Assembly (NCBI GenBank): GCA_003990765.1
Contig: RBNJ01000254.1
Location: 1-35,290 of the forward strand
Reading direction: 5' to 3'
Length of the DNA stretch: 35,290 bases
Source: Jimgerdemannia flammicorona
Taxonomy: Eukaryota
Position numbers and translations under genes: made by a program. Under the pieces are notes generated by a model. It was not told the origin of the DNA and ran no database searches. It saw only the letters and a program-made list of their open reading frames with translations. Of this stretch, positions 13,410 through 25,854 are shown piece after piece (positions within the stretch are counted from its first letter, which is position 1; each line of letters opens with the position of its first letter).

Positions 13410-13650
13410 TTTTGCGTCGGGGTGGGAATAAAATAGCACCGGAAGGTTTCCGATGATGACAAATACCCGACATCGGATCGCGAGACTTACAGAGATAGAC
13501 GAGCAATTTGCGAAGGCTATCTCATGACTTGGCGACGTTTGTGTAACAACGCTGATTTTTAATGTCCAAAGCGACGCGTTGACCTAATTATTTTTATTCT
13601 CGCTCCTCAACTCAAACCCCACATCCCTGAATCGGAACACACCATCCCGC

Positions 13651-15454
13651 TCACCCGCTGACCTTCTTCCCGCTGAACTTCCTCCCGACTGCCCAATGAA
13701 CGTTCCCCCACGTAAGGAATTCAGAGTTCTCTGCCAGGCACTTCTTCGCTAAATCCTCCCACTCTGCCTCGCTCAATCCCATCGCCCGCGACAGGTACGG
13801 CCCTAGAGTACGGAATCCGAGTTCGCTATTGCGCAGGAACATCTCGCCCAGTCGCCCGTTCCAGCCAACGGGGAACGACGAGTAGTCTCCAGCTACGTGT
13901 TCACCGTTGGTGAAGAACGTGTGCACGTTCGAGGCGCTATCAGGGGAAATATTCCTGAGATTCAGCGTCACGCGGACTACGGGCGGGGTGAAGGAAGAAA
14001 GGGGGTGTGAAGTATTGGTGGGTGACAAGGCAGAGATGAGAAGACATAGATTTCGTGCCATGAACTTACGTGTGGTCATCACTTTGGTAAGGTTCGGGCC
14101 TATGCTCCGCATATCATGGTCGCATTCCACTGTGGTTGGAGAAAATCAAAGTCAGATTAAGTGGTCCTTCCCCTCTCCCCTGACTCATGCATGCACAAAT
14201 TAAACAATTTAAATAAGTACCTAGCTCGATGTAACCACCAGGTTTACATATCCTCCTCAACTCCGTGATCGCTTTCTCCCACTCCTCTGGCGTGAAACAG
14301 AGGCTCATGTTCCTATTTATTCTCGCATACATTCAGATAAGCTTCTTTAACCACCTCCCCCCCCCCCCCTCCCACACCACAAAAAAAAAAAAAAAAAAAA
14401 ACCAACCGTTGGAACACGTAGTCGAATGTCTCGTCTTCGAACGCCAGAGGCATCGTTATGTTGCACAGGTCGAAGGTGCAGTTATCGGGCCAGTCCGACC
14501 TCGGAAACGTATCGGCCACATCGACGCCTGTGAAGGTGCTGTTCGGGTACGCAGCAGCCATGTCCTGTGCAGTCGTGGGTGGTTAGGCGGTTATGCATGG
14601 TGGAAATGAACGTCATGTATGTGGTTGCGGGAAAGTGGGAGACGTACGAGCATCCAGACACCGGGGCCGCAACTGAAACGAGGTTCGGGTGTTGGGTTAG
14701 GACGGGATGCGGGGAACGCGAGAGGCGAGATGGGAGGGATTAGGATTGCAATATGGATGGACGTACCCGGCGTCGAATACTTTGATTCCACGTTTCAAGT
14801 CTTCTTCTAGCGGTGCATGGAAATTCCTGGATGGGCGAAAAGCACAAAGACGTTTTCATTAACCGGCTGTCAGATAAAAGTCACAGATAACAATAGAGAT
14901 GGGTCCAGACAGAAGCGTCATAACAATGGTTTACTTACCCGGAAAACATGTATCTGTTTACGAATTGGTGGCAGCAAGCATTAATCTCTTGTGGTTCGGG
15001 GAGGTTTTTTTTTTTTTTTTTTTTTTTTTTTCTCACACCCACAGCGCATACTCACTCAACCCCCCAATGCTTACTTAAAGGCATAATGCTGTATTGTCAG
15101 CCTAGATTCAAAACATCAATTACCCACCACCAAAATTAGTCAACATCGTCACATACACCATCAAGACGTCTGGGGTCCGCCCAACACTCACCGGTCCACC
15201 TCCTCATCGCTCCCGACAGGGAACATGTATTTGGGGTTCCCTTCCTCCAAGAAGCGCAGTCCGTCCATGTACTTGAGCTTAGGAGCTATTGATAGCGTCT
15301 TGCTATGCCTGCGCCCATTTATCCGCCGCCTGTGGGTGGTCTTCACGTTGAAAGCGTCTCCATTTGACTGCTCGGCCTCAGCTGGGCCATCTGTCGCAGG
15401 GACCTCGGTGGGGTTGGTTTCAGCATGGGGTGGCTCCGTGGTTTCGCTACCCAT
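13651..15454 (-). CDS. Class I SAM-dependent methyltransferase, LaeA-like, about 9 exons
   Basis: Spliced translation: KYMFPVGSDEEVDR|LTIQHYAFK|YMFSG|NFHAPLEEDLKRGIKVFDAG|CGPGVWML|DMAAAYPNSTFTGVDV...FEDETFDYVFQR|NMSLCF..WEKAITELRRICKPGGYIEL|VECD...FPVGWNGRLG...HWAVGRK. SAM motif I is DAGCGPG. ATG 15454-15452 is preferred over the upstream non-ATG ORF start; stop 13653-13651. Confidence 0.92.
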
Positions 15455-15678
15455 GGTTGCGGAGTGGGGTGGCAGGCTTCGTTGACAGGCAATTCGGCAG
15501 GCGGTGTTATACGAAGTTGGAACCTTATGCGGGAACGGTGGCACACAGGTATTGTCCAGTCGGTAGCATGTGACAGCCGAAAACGTCCCCGCGCAGGAGC
15601 TCGGCGAATGGGCGGGGTGTGCGTGTGTGAGTGCGTGCCTTGGTTGCTTAGGGCCAGGGGGTGCATCTTAGATGCATC

Positions 15679-15695
15679 TATATATATATATATAT
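15679..15695. repeat. (TA)n tract, possibly the TATA element of the methyltransferase gene
   Basis: tatatatatatatatat about 225 nt upstream of the methyltransferase ATG. Confidence 0.6.
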
Positions 15696-15938
15696 GAGGC
15701 AAAATGTATCTTATGGCCTATCTGGATTGGTACCTTTTTGAAAAATTTCATCTCATATGGGTTATGCCGCCCCCCCATGAGCTTTATCCCAATCTCGGAT
15801 GACCATTTGGGACTGGAACATCTCATCTTGCATAACATTTATTTCCATCGTCATAATTAATTATCTTAAAAACCGTTTTATTGTGTGTGGACTCTTATTT
15901 AAATCTATGTCAATGTGCATACAATGTTGCTTAGAAGA

Positions 15939-18900
15939 TTACTCCGCCGTAATATCCTCCGCGCTTCGGTTCTGACCCGTCTGCTTCGCGAGCGCATAGA
16001 ATTTCGAGCTACGGTCTGCAAGTAGCTTGTCGGGTGTGTCATATTCCGCCACGCGACCGGCATCGAGGACCAAGATCTTGTCGCTATCCAGAATTGTCGT
16101 GATACCTGTTGATTGACATACAAGAGTGTAAGTATATATATCTAACCGATGATCACGAACAAGGAAACACGTTTACAGAGGCGCTACGAACACAACAGGA
16201 GGAAGAAAAAAAAAAAACCTTACGATGAGCGATGGTAAGGATAGTCCTGTCTTTAAATTCTTTCCTGATAGTCTTCTGGATAAGCTCATCAGTCTGTACA
16301 TCTGTTGCTGACGTCGCTTCATCGAGCACAAGGATCCTCGTTTTCCGCAATAGCGCCCTGGCAAGACAAATAAGCTGCCTCTGGCCGACCGAAAAATTTT
16401 CCCCACCTTGCGACACGGGCGCATTTAATCCGCCCTCCAAACCCCCCACATGCTCCTTAAGATGCGCCGATTCCAGCGCATCCCACAACGCCTTGTCGTC
16501 ATTCTCACCGAACGGATCGAGGTTGTCGCGTATCGTACCAATGAACAATACGGGATCCTGCGGGATGATGCTCAATCGCGATCGTAACGTCGTCAGGCCA
16601 AGCCTCGAGATCTCGACGCCGTCAATGTAAATCCCACCGGTGCCGGTATCCGTGTCATGTGACTGAAGCGTCGCGTTGTCGGACCTCTTCTCTTCAACGC
16701 TCTCTTCCGCTACCGCTACCCCCGCGGAGCTCGGCCCTGCCGCCTCAATAAGTCGGAACAGGCTGAGCGTGAGCGACGACTTCCCCGCGCCCGTTCGCCC
16801 CACAATCCCCACCTTTTCACCCTGCGCCACATTGAAGCTGATCCCCTTAAGCACGAGCTCGAGCCCCTCTCGGTATCGCGTCGAATAGTTTCGGAACTCG
16901 ATCACGCCTCTCGCAGGCCAGTCCTCTGCGAGCGGGAAGTCGGTCACCTCCGCAGCTTCTGTCGGCAACTCAACATACTCCTTGATACGCTCAACGGATA
17001 CAATATTGGTCTCCATATCGCAATACGACCTCACCAGCCAAGTCACATCGCCCGTCACCGTCATTGCATACGAGACCGCCAGGCCGACCAGTCCGGGGCT
17101 GAGAGATTCACGCGAGACGCACGCAAAGATCGCCGATCCGAGGACGATGAACGCACCCAGGAATTCAACCCGCAGCTGCAGCCACCTATTGGACGACACC
17201 CACAGGTAGAACGCACCCACGTTCGCGTCGGAGCGCTTAACGTTCTCCAACACAAACCGATCAGATTGGTCGTACGCCCTAATCGTGCTAATCCCACCAA
17301 GCGTCTCGCTGAAGTGCTGGTAGATGGGCGACCGCGACGCCGACTCCAGCCGCTTCAAGTCGCGAGACATCCACAAGTAGTGGGACTGTACCCAGTAGAA
17401 GGCATAGGTGATCGGCGGGACGATGGCAAGGAAGATGGGTGTCGTCACCCCAATGACGATGATGGAGGAAATGGTGGATGTTAGCATAAAGACCCAGTTC
17501 TGCATCATTAACGGGATTTTCTCGTCGATCGATGACAGATCCTTGCTGAATCGGTTCGTAATTCGGCCCAGAGGTGTCGTGTCAAAGAAACTCATCTTCA
17601 GTCGGAACACGCGCTCGAGCAATTGACCATGAAGAACGCGCGAGGCGCGGATCCCGGCCACGGCTAGTAAGATCCATCCGGTCATGAAAGAGAAGAAGGC
17701 GTATCCAAATACGAGGAGGATGTAGATTCCAAGGTAGTAGCCGATCGAGGACGCCGCGTCGAGTTGTGTACTCCAGTTCTGAAGCCAATACCGCGAACCC
17801 ACCGATACGCCCTGGCTAAGAAGCATCACCACCATGAACATTACGACATACCGTAACGAACATGCTTTGAGGTACGTCACGTACACCTTCCATCCAATCT
17901 GCCCCTCCTCTCGCCGCTCCTCCTCTACCAACACGCCATTGTTCAGCTTCTTCTCCTCCGTCGGCTCGACCTCCTTCTCTACAGGCAGAACTTTTCCATC
18001 CAACTCTTTCTCCTCCAACTCCGCCTCCCCTTCCTCCTCCTCCTTCTTTGGACGACTTGAATACTCCACCAAAAGCTTATACGTCTCGCCCTGCAACGCC
18101 ATTAATTCCGCATACGTCCCACACTCCGCAACCCTCTGCCTCTCAAGCGCGACAATCTCATCCACATTTTGTAAATGATGAATCCCATGTGTCACAAGCA
18201 CCCGCGTTTTCTCTTTCAACAGTCCCTCGGGCCCAATAACATTTTCGAACAACGCCCGGTCAACGTGCGCGTCCACCGCAGACAACGGATCATCAAGAAG
18301 GTACACGTCCGCATCCGCGTACACCGCACGCGCGAGACTCACCCGCTGCTTCTGACCGCCGGAAAGATTAATCCCACGCTCGCCGATTTCGGTCATGTCG
18401 CCACCAGGGAGCATCTCAATGTCGGCGAGAAGGCAGCATGCTTCGATAATACGACGGTACCGTGATTCGTCCCAGGCGAGACCGAAGATGATGTTCTCGC
18501 GGAGCGTTGCGTTAATGATCCATGCTTGTTGTGGGACGTAGGCTACCGAGCCGCGAATTTCGATTGTTCCGCCTTGTTTGTACATGTCGCCGATCGCCGC
18601 GCTGATGAGGGATGTCTTGCCGGATCCCACACGGCCGATCACAGCTGTAAGTGACCCACGTGCGATTGAAAGGTTTACATCTGACAGTGTTGGTTTGGCA
18701 TCTGCGGCCCAGGCAACCGATGCTGAGTTTAGCACAATTGAGGGGAGCGTTGTATCGTAGGGTAGGTGGAGAACAGCCGAGTCGTCGACTTCTTCGAGGA
18801 GGAGGAAGTCGCGGATGCGGTTGAGGGCTACATAGGTTTGCATGAAAGAGCTGACGTTTTGGGCTGAATGGGCGGTGGTATAGTGTTAATAAAAGGTACA

Positions 18901-20883
18901 GAGATCGATTACAGCATGTGCTGTGGCGAAAACCAAGATAAAGACACTTACAAAGCATGCCCAAAGGCCCGTTTAATAACTGAATCAAACTCAAGCTCAC
19001 AAAAATCCTAACAGAGTCCAACGGATGCTCCTTATCCGCCAGGACGCCTGCATAAACTCCAAAGCACGCAATGCTAACTAAATACGGCGCGACAGTAAAC
19101 ATGACAGTGATCCACGCAATACCCTGACCAAACTGCTTGAGGAACTTAACCTCATCCTCCCTAGCCTCGTTCACTTTATCTACGAACGGCTTCTCCCACG
19201 CGTAGAGCTTGACGATCTTGATCCCCCCAATGATTTCGTTCATCAACCGCATCCGTCGGTCCATGTTCTGCATCTTGCCTTTCATCCATTTGTTGAATGA
19301 AGACCCGATCCAGTAGTTCAAGGGAAATGTCAGAAGGATTACACCTAGACCCGCGAAGATTGCCCATGATAGTTGCCCGTATAAGAAGTACAAAGCCAGC
19401 GCGATTTGGTAAAAGGTCGTCACCACGAGACCGAGCGATTGCGCGCTCCAGAAGAAGTTCTCGGCGTCAACAGACATCCGGTTTGTGATTTCTCCCACCG
19501 TCGCCGTTTGACGCGACGCTGGAGATAGTCGCAGAGACTTGCGGTAGATGGCGGCGATCATGGCCGCGCGAATCACGAAACCGAAGTTGCACGCTAGCTT
19601 GAAGAACCACGCGCTGAAGATGGAAGCGATCACCGAGAGAAGGAATAGCCCAACGGCCACCACTATCCCCACCGAGAGCGGTTGTGGGGTGTTTATATAG
19701 GCGCCCTGGGAGTCTTTGGCGTAGCTGTTGATGAAAGTCAACAGCGGGTTCAGCAGCGATGGTTGTAGGTACTGCAATGTCGAGGCTATGAGGATGCATA
19801 GGATGGGCGAAATGTAGAGCAATCCGAAAGCCTTGAAAATCGCGCGTAAGAGGCTTGGTTTGGGCTTTTTCACCTCGACGGCCCAGTGCTTCGAAAATGC
19901 GGCGTGCGCGTTTGCGAGCGAGAGGAAGTCCGGGACGGCCCAGAGGTCCGAGAAGTCTAGCTGACCCTTGTACGATTTTGTTATCAGCGGCTGAATCCAG
20001 TGAAAGAAGAGGATAGAGGCTGGGCTGCTGGTCGCCTCTGGATTGGTGAGAATTGGGTTGGTGGTGCGAGTGGGGACTTGTTCGAGAAAGAGGAGGGCCA
20101 GAGCCAGGATGAATTGGACGATGAAGAAGGCATAGCGAGTCGGCTCGAGCGTGGAAATGTACGTAACGGTTAAAGTGCGAGTTTTGACCACGCCAAAGGC
20201 GACCACAAGCACCCAGTAGACTGAGAGGATGCCTGAGCGGCCCCGGTGGACGTTGTGAAGGAAGGTCGTATGCATGAGACCGGCGGTGAGGACGAGGCCG
20301 ACGATTGTGAAGGGGAGAAAGCGGATCGCGCCGTTCATGCTCGAGGTCGTGGTCTCGCCGATGGCGGCGGTGAAAGTGACGAGGAGTAGGATCTGCGTGG
20401 AAGTTTGTGGGGTTAGTGTGTTGTTACAGCCATGATTTGAAGTTAAAATAGGATAGAGGAAAATACCATTTTTAGCCAATACACCCAGTTTTTTGGCGCA
20501 TCCTTGTCCTTGTCCTTCATCGACGAATAACTCCATGCAGTATAGAGGAGTCGCGGCACGGCATAGAGGATGAGAAGCATGTTTGGTAGAGGTACTAGCA
20601 CACTGGGTTGAATAAAAGTATTATTCTCAGAAAGGAGTTTTCATAATAAACAGGTATGTATGGGGTAGCAAGGAAACACAGCTGGATAAAGCTCTATCCC
20701 ACTTACGTATCCTCAAAGCATGGCGTGAAGTCGATGATTCTCTCTGTACTGATTGGACCCTGCATGGTGTCGAAGAGTAAGTGTGAAGTGTTGGTCTCTC
20801 AGGTGCGAAGGTCTCGGTGGGTGCAGATGGTGTATGTAATTACATACCCATCCTTCGCGGTCGTTGCAGAACGCCGCGCTCAT
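15939..20883 (-). CDS. ABCC/MRP-family full-length ABC transporter (YCF1/MRP1-like, with N-terminal TMD0)
   Basis: N-terminus MSAAFCNDREGW|GPIS...DFTPCFED; L0-like NPEATSSPASILFFHWIQPLI; IKIVKLYAWE; NBD1 GRVGSGKTS, LSGGQKQR, YLLDDPLSAVDAHV; TMD2 FFDTTPLGRITNRFSKD, SRSPIYQHFSETLGG; NBD2 GRTGAGKSS, FSVGQRQLICLAR, VLDEAT, TIAHR|ITTILDSDKILVLDAG. Stop 15941-15939. Confidence 0.96.
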
Positions 20884-21364
20884 TGTAGTGTTTGTAATAA
20901 ATGCTAATGTCGTTTTGGGCGTTAGAGAAGATGTAGCTCTGTAGAGGATGTATGAAAAATCAAGTGGATAAAAAAATCCTTTATAAGCGTTTCTCCTTGT
21001 CTTCCGCAAAAGGAATGTCGCATGGCCATGTAGTTTTGAATGGCTGGCAGCGCAGCTTGGCGCCTAGAAGCGTTAGTAGGTTCCAATGTACGACACTCGA
21101 CACCACACCATCTTTCCAAATCCATTCATTATTTCTATATCTGCGTCTTGTACATACGTAACTATGCGGCCCCGCTATAAATTATCTACCCGATTGTGTC
21201 ATGACGTGTACTTACGTATATATACGCGTAATCCTCGTAACCGCAGGGGTACTGGGTGTACGTATACATTTCCACTACGCAAACGGCAGAAAATATTTTG
21301 TGGAGTACTAACAAGATGAATGCTAGCCCACGACAGAGCGATATTTTTTACCACACGGGCTCGA

Positions 21365-21389
21365 TTTTTTTTTTTTTTTTTTTTTTTTT
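21365..21389. repeat. Poly-T tract (25 nt), intergenic
   Basis: Directly visible. Confidence 0.9.
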
Positions 21390-22049
21390 GCTAGTGGGAT
21401 CGATGTGAAATGGATGACAAATAAGCTGGCCAGGTTACGAGTAGTAGGGTAAATGTTCAGTTTACTAAGCTTTTTGGACTCCTGACTGCCTCAAAATGTG
21501 ATTAGTAAACATCCCGACATACGTATTACAAACCCGGAGATCGACTATCTCAAATCTGCCGACAAACTTAAGGTGTGCGGACCCTGCTTCCTGGGTTCGT
21601 CAAGGTCGCCAAGGAACCAAGAACCACGTACCTAAGTCCGCGCGCGTGCATGTGCTTGTGCTTGTGATCTCTGTGTGGTTTGGTAAATGCGGTGGATTGA
21701 ATATGCATTGATATGCATTGTATGGTCAGTCCATAAAGTGTGTGACAATACCCGACTTCCACCAGAAAACTCCTTCGAAAAAAAGCCACTCTATCACCCT
21801 GCCTCTGCATACGCGTAAGCGTACGGCAAACCTGTATCCACCAACCGGGTGGATCGGATATATACAAAGTGACACAGCTGCACGTGGAGTAGATTAGGAG
21901 GAGGGTGGGAAAATGCGTAACATTCGTAGGATATTGCATTTTACGTACACCCATCTTCAATTGGCAATGGCTTGAGGCTCAACCGAAATCAGTGAGGTTT
22001 CCCCTAAGGGATGAATAGCATGCTAAATTGAAGCGACGCAGCTGTTACT

Positions 22050-23200
22050 ATTTGGTATGTATTGCCGTTTTGATTATGAAATGGCCGGATGTTGGGTCAC
22101 CGAACAGATATATCTCGATTTAATTTCTCATCGGCATCGGGCGGTCAAAAGCCCTTTCGATGTTCGCCGAGTCTCTGTTGTGGACACCGAAATGGCTGAC
22201 AAACACCTGGATGAACATTCGCCACGCATGAAGCTGAACCGCGGATAACACGGGTAGCTGCCCCCAGCGTGTTGTCGACCAGGGGTGAATTGGTTCCTTG
22301 AGGAGGACCTGGATATGATACGCACGTCGGTTGTCCAAGTTCCGGCAAGGTTTATCGTCTCGAACGTTACATCGGAATAGTTGATTACTTGCAGGAATAG
22401 GACCTCAATGTTTTTCCAGACAAAGTTTGTCTTTAAGAGAGGTGATTGTCACTTCTTTGGGCAGTGGCATGTCCTATACAGATCCAGGAGCGTGTCCAAT
22501 GCAGTTTTGCTTCTCATATGACCCCATCGTCTATGAACCGATACACCATTACAGTGTCCAAAAATCTCCCATCAAATAATACCCATGGTCCTGAGAGTTG
22601 ATCCTAGGAACATGGTCGAAAGGGCCTTTCATGGGAATTGTTTCGGGAGAAATCAAACGTTCCTAATAATCCCCTGCATTCTTTTCAAATTCCACGTACT
22701 GCTCTCAGAGAAGGACCAGGAAGCGTGATTTCCTGAGCCGAACAAATAATCAGCAAGGTGTACGAGCCCGCGCGGCACGCAGTTGGTAATCTCTGACTTT
22801 TGGTGAGACATTTGCTTGTCTCACAAAGTGGTGAAGCTACAGCAGCTTTTCGGTGAGCGGGACAATAAATATCAACCATTTCATCCACGTCTCTCTGAAT
22901 GTACTACCTTCAAACTTTGCGTGCGCGGTACCAGCCAAGACGACACGCATTCCGTTCATCGCCTCGCCCCACGCGTTAAGGGGGTTCAAAATCGGGAGCC
23001 GATTAGGTACCGGGGTCCGGTGTTTGAAACAGCACGCTGTGCTCGTTAACGACCAGAAAAGTTTTGCGGTTTCGGTGCTCCAGCAGTCTCCTAACGCGGT
23101 TTGCCCGCGATTGGTTTCGCTGTATCGTACATACATAAAGTTTCTAGCGGTTGTGTGCAAATTTTTTCTTTTGCTAAACGCATTCTAAAATCTAGGAAGA
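22050..23200 (-). pseudogene. Decayed Crinkler (CRN)-family relic: NTPase (Walker B onward) plus restriction-endonuclease-like C-terminal region
   Basis: Fragments across three frames, in colinear order: LLEHRNRKTFLVVNEHSVLFQ, VPNRLPILNPLNAWGEAMNGMRVVLAGTAHAKFE, DFLDTVMVYRF, ALDTLLDLYRT/MPLP, FETINLAG, YPRFSFMRG, MFIQVFVSHFGVHNRDSANIERAF, N*IEIYL. These match my recollection of Glomeromycotina/Mucoromycota Crinkler-family proteins (LVVDEH, WGE, TGTAHAKYE, DFLDLGLIYR, YPRFDFMLG, FIQxSxSDFxxHN, NQIERYL). Boundaries are approximate. Confidence 0.7.
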
Positions 23201-23236
23201 ACGATGGATTCCCAGAAAAAACTCCACAGGCTGCCT

Positions 23237-23240
<4 letters not shown>

Positions 23241-23277
<37 letters not shown>
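23241..23277. repeat. Poly-A tract (37 nt) between the Crinkler relic and the F-box gene
   Basis: Directly visible. Confidence 0.9.
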
Positions 23278-23279
<2 letters not shown>

Positions 23280-23472
23280 ATTCTTAAACCAAATGCCTCT
23301 CGCTGGAACTCGTATTACAATTGTTCAACCAGTCTACTAGATACCTCGTTCCACACCAACTTCTCAACTCCCGCAGGACCTGATCATAAATATCCTCAAC
23401 ACCTAAGGCGATAACCTCGCGAACAAAATCACTAACGTCTAAATTCCCTTCAACCTATTCCCATTCCGCTAC

Positions 23473-24840
23473 TCAAGCCTCTGGCCGCTTCCAACATCCC
23501 TTCCCATCTCCCACAAAACCCCGCATCTCCAGCGCTCTCCTCACTCCTGAATTATTATCCATCTTCACTTTCACCACGACCATCTCAAGCGCTTCGCACT
23601 CCAACACCACCCGCTCCACAAACTCATCCACGACCATCTCATTCTCCACCTCCAAACACTTCAACTTTGGCCATCGCGGCTTTCCAACATCATCCCACAT
23701 CTTTGCCCCCGTGAGCCCGCGCCCAGCTGTGAGCGTAAGCTGCTCGAGGTCCCGACATCCCCGTGCCAAAGCTCGCAGGACGGCGTCGTCGATGTAGCTG
23801 AAGCTTAACGACGGCATGAGCACTTTTCCTACTTCCAGGTACTTGAGCCGCTCGCACCGAGATACTACGGATTCAAGCGCACTTGTCACCTCCGACGCCT
23901 CAGCCTCGCCGACCAGGGAGCGACCGGCGATGTACACGTCCTCCAGCGTGGAGCACGCGGCGTCAAGACCTGCGATCGCATCGCTGATTCGGCCTTGTTG
24001 CCATGTTAGCCGCACCTTTCTAAGCCCGCGCCAGCCGCAAAGAATGCGGCCCGTGGCTCGCGCGTCGCCGCCAAAGATTTTCGCGGAGCGGACGTTAGTG
24101 CAGAGGATGAGCGCCTCATGTGTCAGGGGGTCGGGAACGCCTAGGAGAGTAACTCTGGTAAGAGTGGCTTGTGCGGCACGGACGAGGTTGGAGAGGTGCA
24201 CGTCCGCTGGTTGCTTTATGGGCGGAAATCGAAGCGATAAATTGCAGACGTTGGCGAGATATGGATGGAGTTGGGAGAGGAAATGCGCGCGAGCGGCAAG
24301 GCGTTCCGGTGGATGGTTTTTGGGCGTTATGCCGACGTAGAGCTCGAGTCCCGTCGGTAAGGTAAGGTCGAGGATCTTGAAGAGGGCGTTGCGGTCCTCG
24401 GGCGCGGTGTAAAGATCTCTCGGAGACCTGTCGCTGTCGTCGTTGTCGGCGAAAGGACTGCCCAGGAATGCGTTGACCGCGATCCAGATGGTATTGACCT
24501 CGGCGCAGTACGGCAGGCCGAGTTCTTGCGAGGTGGAAAGCAGTGATGAGAACCGTCGAAGTCTTACGAGGTACTTGGCAGAACTTTGGTTGGTAAATGG
24601 GCACCTAATGTGTGAGTCTGGTATCAGGGGACGAGCGGCTTGATACCATTCGCGGCAGACCATGGAGGCTGCTAGCAGGTCGAAGACGGAGTCCACATAG
24701 TCCAGTGGCGAGAGTAGGTCATAGAGGCTGAATATCTGGTGCAGGATCTCGGGGGGCAGTCGCGTGGACGGTGGGTGCGGAGGGTCCGGTTCGGTTGCAA
24801 GTTGTTGGGTGGGGGGTGTCTTTTGCTTCTTCCTCTCCAT
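23473..24840 (-). CDS. Intronless F-box protein with RNI-like leucine-rich repeats
   Basis: F-box RLPPEILHQIFSLY...DLLAASMVCREWYQAARPLI followed by LRR-like units (CTNVRSAKI, WRGLRKVRL, CSTLEDVYI, CERLKYLEV, CRDLEQLTL, WPKLKCLEV, CEALEMVVV). First ATG 24840-24838 (MERKKQK); stop 23475-23473. Confidence 0.88.
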   Translation of the reverse strand: MERKKQKTPPTQQLATEPDPPHPPSTRLPPEILHQIFSLYDLLSPLDYVDSVFDLLAASMVCREWYQAARPLIPDSHIRCPFTNQSSAKYLVRLRRFSSLLSTSQELGLPYCAEVNTIWIAVNAFLGSPFADNDDSDRSPRDLYTAPEDRNALFKILDLTLPTGLELYVGITPKNHPPERLAARAHFLSQLHPYLANVCNLSLRFPPIKQPADVHLSNLVRAAQATLTRVTLLGVPDPLTHEALILCTNVRSAKIFGGDARATGRILCGWRGLRKVRLTWQQGRISDAIAGLDAACSTLEDVYIAGRSLVGEAEASEVTSALESVVSRCERLKYLEVGKVLMPSLSFSYIDDAVLRALARGCRDLEQLTLTAGRGLTGAKMWDDVGKPRWPKLKCLEVENEMVVDEFVERVVLECEALEMVVVKVKMDNNSGVRRALEMRGFVGDGKGCWKRPEA

Positions 24841-25277
24841 GGCTGTATATTTGTAGGCGAAGAGGAGGAACACATGTGTGACTGGCAAAACAATAAATTA
24901 AATAAATTACCAAAATTAGATTAATGAATTTGATCCCCTTCATCCAACGCCACCAACCTATCGTTTTATTTATTCAGCCAGAGCATCATACTCTAATAAG
25001 TACTCACTCTTAAAACCCTTGCCCATTGCGCAGATGAATATATGCCACCATCAAGCAACCTTTTTTTTTTTTTTTGTCATTTTCGTTCCAATGTAGCCTT
25101 AATGATAGGATAGATGAATTCACAGTAGGTATGTTACATAACAGCCTCGGCAAACCCACCAGCTCCAGAAAATCTCATCCAACCAGCTCCTCAAGCAATC
25201 CCAAGCATCCCAACAACCTCACAACCATAAAATATAAAATAATAAATAAAATAAAAAAAAAACTCACCGCTTCAAAT

Positions 25278-25655
25278 ATGTCTTCACCAGCAACACCACC
25301 TCCATTCGCCCCTCCCTCGCTCTCCTCGCCACCGCCGCCCTCCTCGTCCTCATCAACCCCGCCTCTGCGTTTCCCCCAACCCCGAGAAACGGCACGGCCC
25401 TCTGTTCCTCAAACCGACATCGCCGGCTAGATCCCCTTTCTCACATCTGACGCGCAGCCCGCCGACAGACACACGATGCGCAAGCGCGGTATCATCGAGC
25501 GCCTCGTTGCCATGACCAGGCGCGGATTCTGTTCGACTTCCCCCATTACGCGTGCGACGAATGCCCGAGCTGCGACACCTGCCAGAATTCGGCCGTCGAG
25601 GAGGTCGCTCCGGTCGAGCAACCGGTCGTCGGTGAGCCCAGCACGATTCAGCTGA
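25278..25655 (+). pseudogene. Possible short orphan Pro/Ser/Arg-rich ORF interrupted by an in-frame TAG
   Basis: ATG 25278 follows an A/C-rich leader; GC-rich frame MSSPATPPPF...DIAG*(25428-25430)IPFLTSDAQPADRHTMRKRGIIERLVAM... continues to TGA 25653-25655. No family recognised. Confidence 0.3.
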
Positions 25656-25854
25656 ACAACGCCAACGATGATAGGTTTCGCTGGCCAAAGCATGCTTGTC
25701 ACGCACGCTCATACGCTATGGAATTTAGCCAACCATTCCACCGTCCCTCCTGTGCGTGCAGTATATATCCAGGTCCTGCAATCCACCCCTCCCCTCCTCC
25801 TGAAGCCCCCCCAGCTGTCACCGAGACCCTACCGCGACCATCACCCAGACCGAA

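Noticed and set aside
13651..20883. Methyltransferase plus ABC transporter as a secondary-metabolite cluster
   Set aside because: No PKS, NRPS, terpene synthase or other backbone enzyme in the window; both families are large and common.
21200..21230. Palindrome CGTATATATACG and ACGT-core motifs upstream of the ABC transporter
   Set aside because: Too short to separate from background without conservation or binding data.
22120..22122. CAA>TAA change in the Crinkler relic as evidence of RIP
   Set aside because: A single site; indels dominate the decay and the region is not AT-shifted.
21365..23277. T25...A37 tracts as termini or tail of a retroelement around the Crinkler relic
   Set aside because: No target-site duplication or RT remnant seen, and homopolymers are common throughout this window, including in introns.
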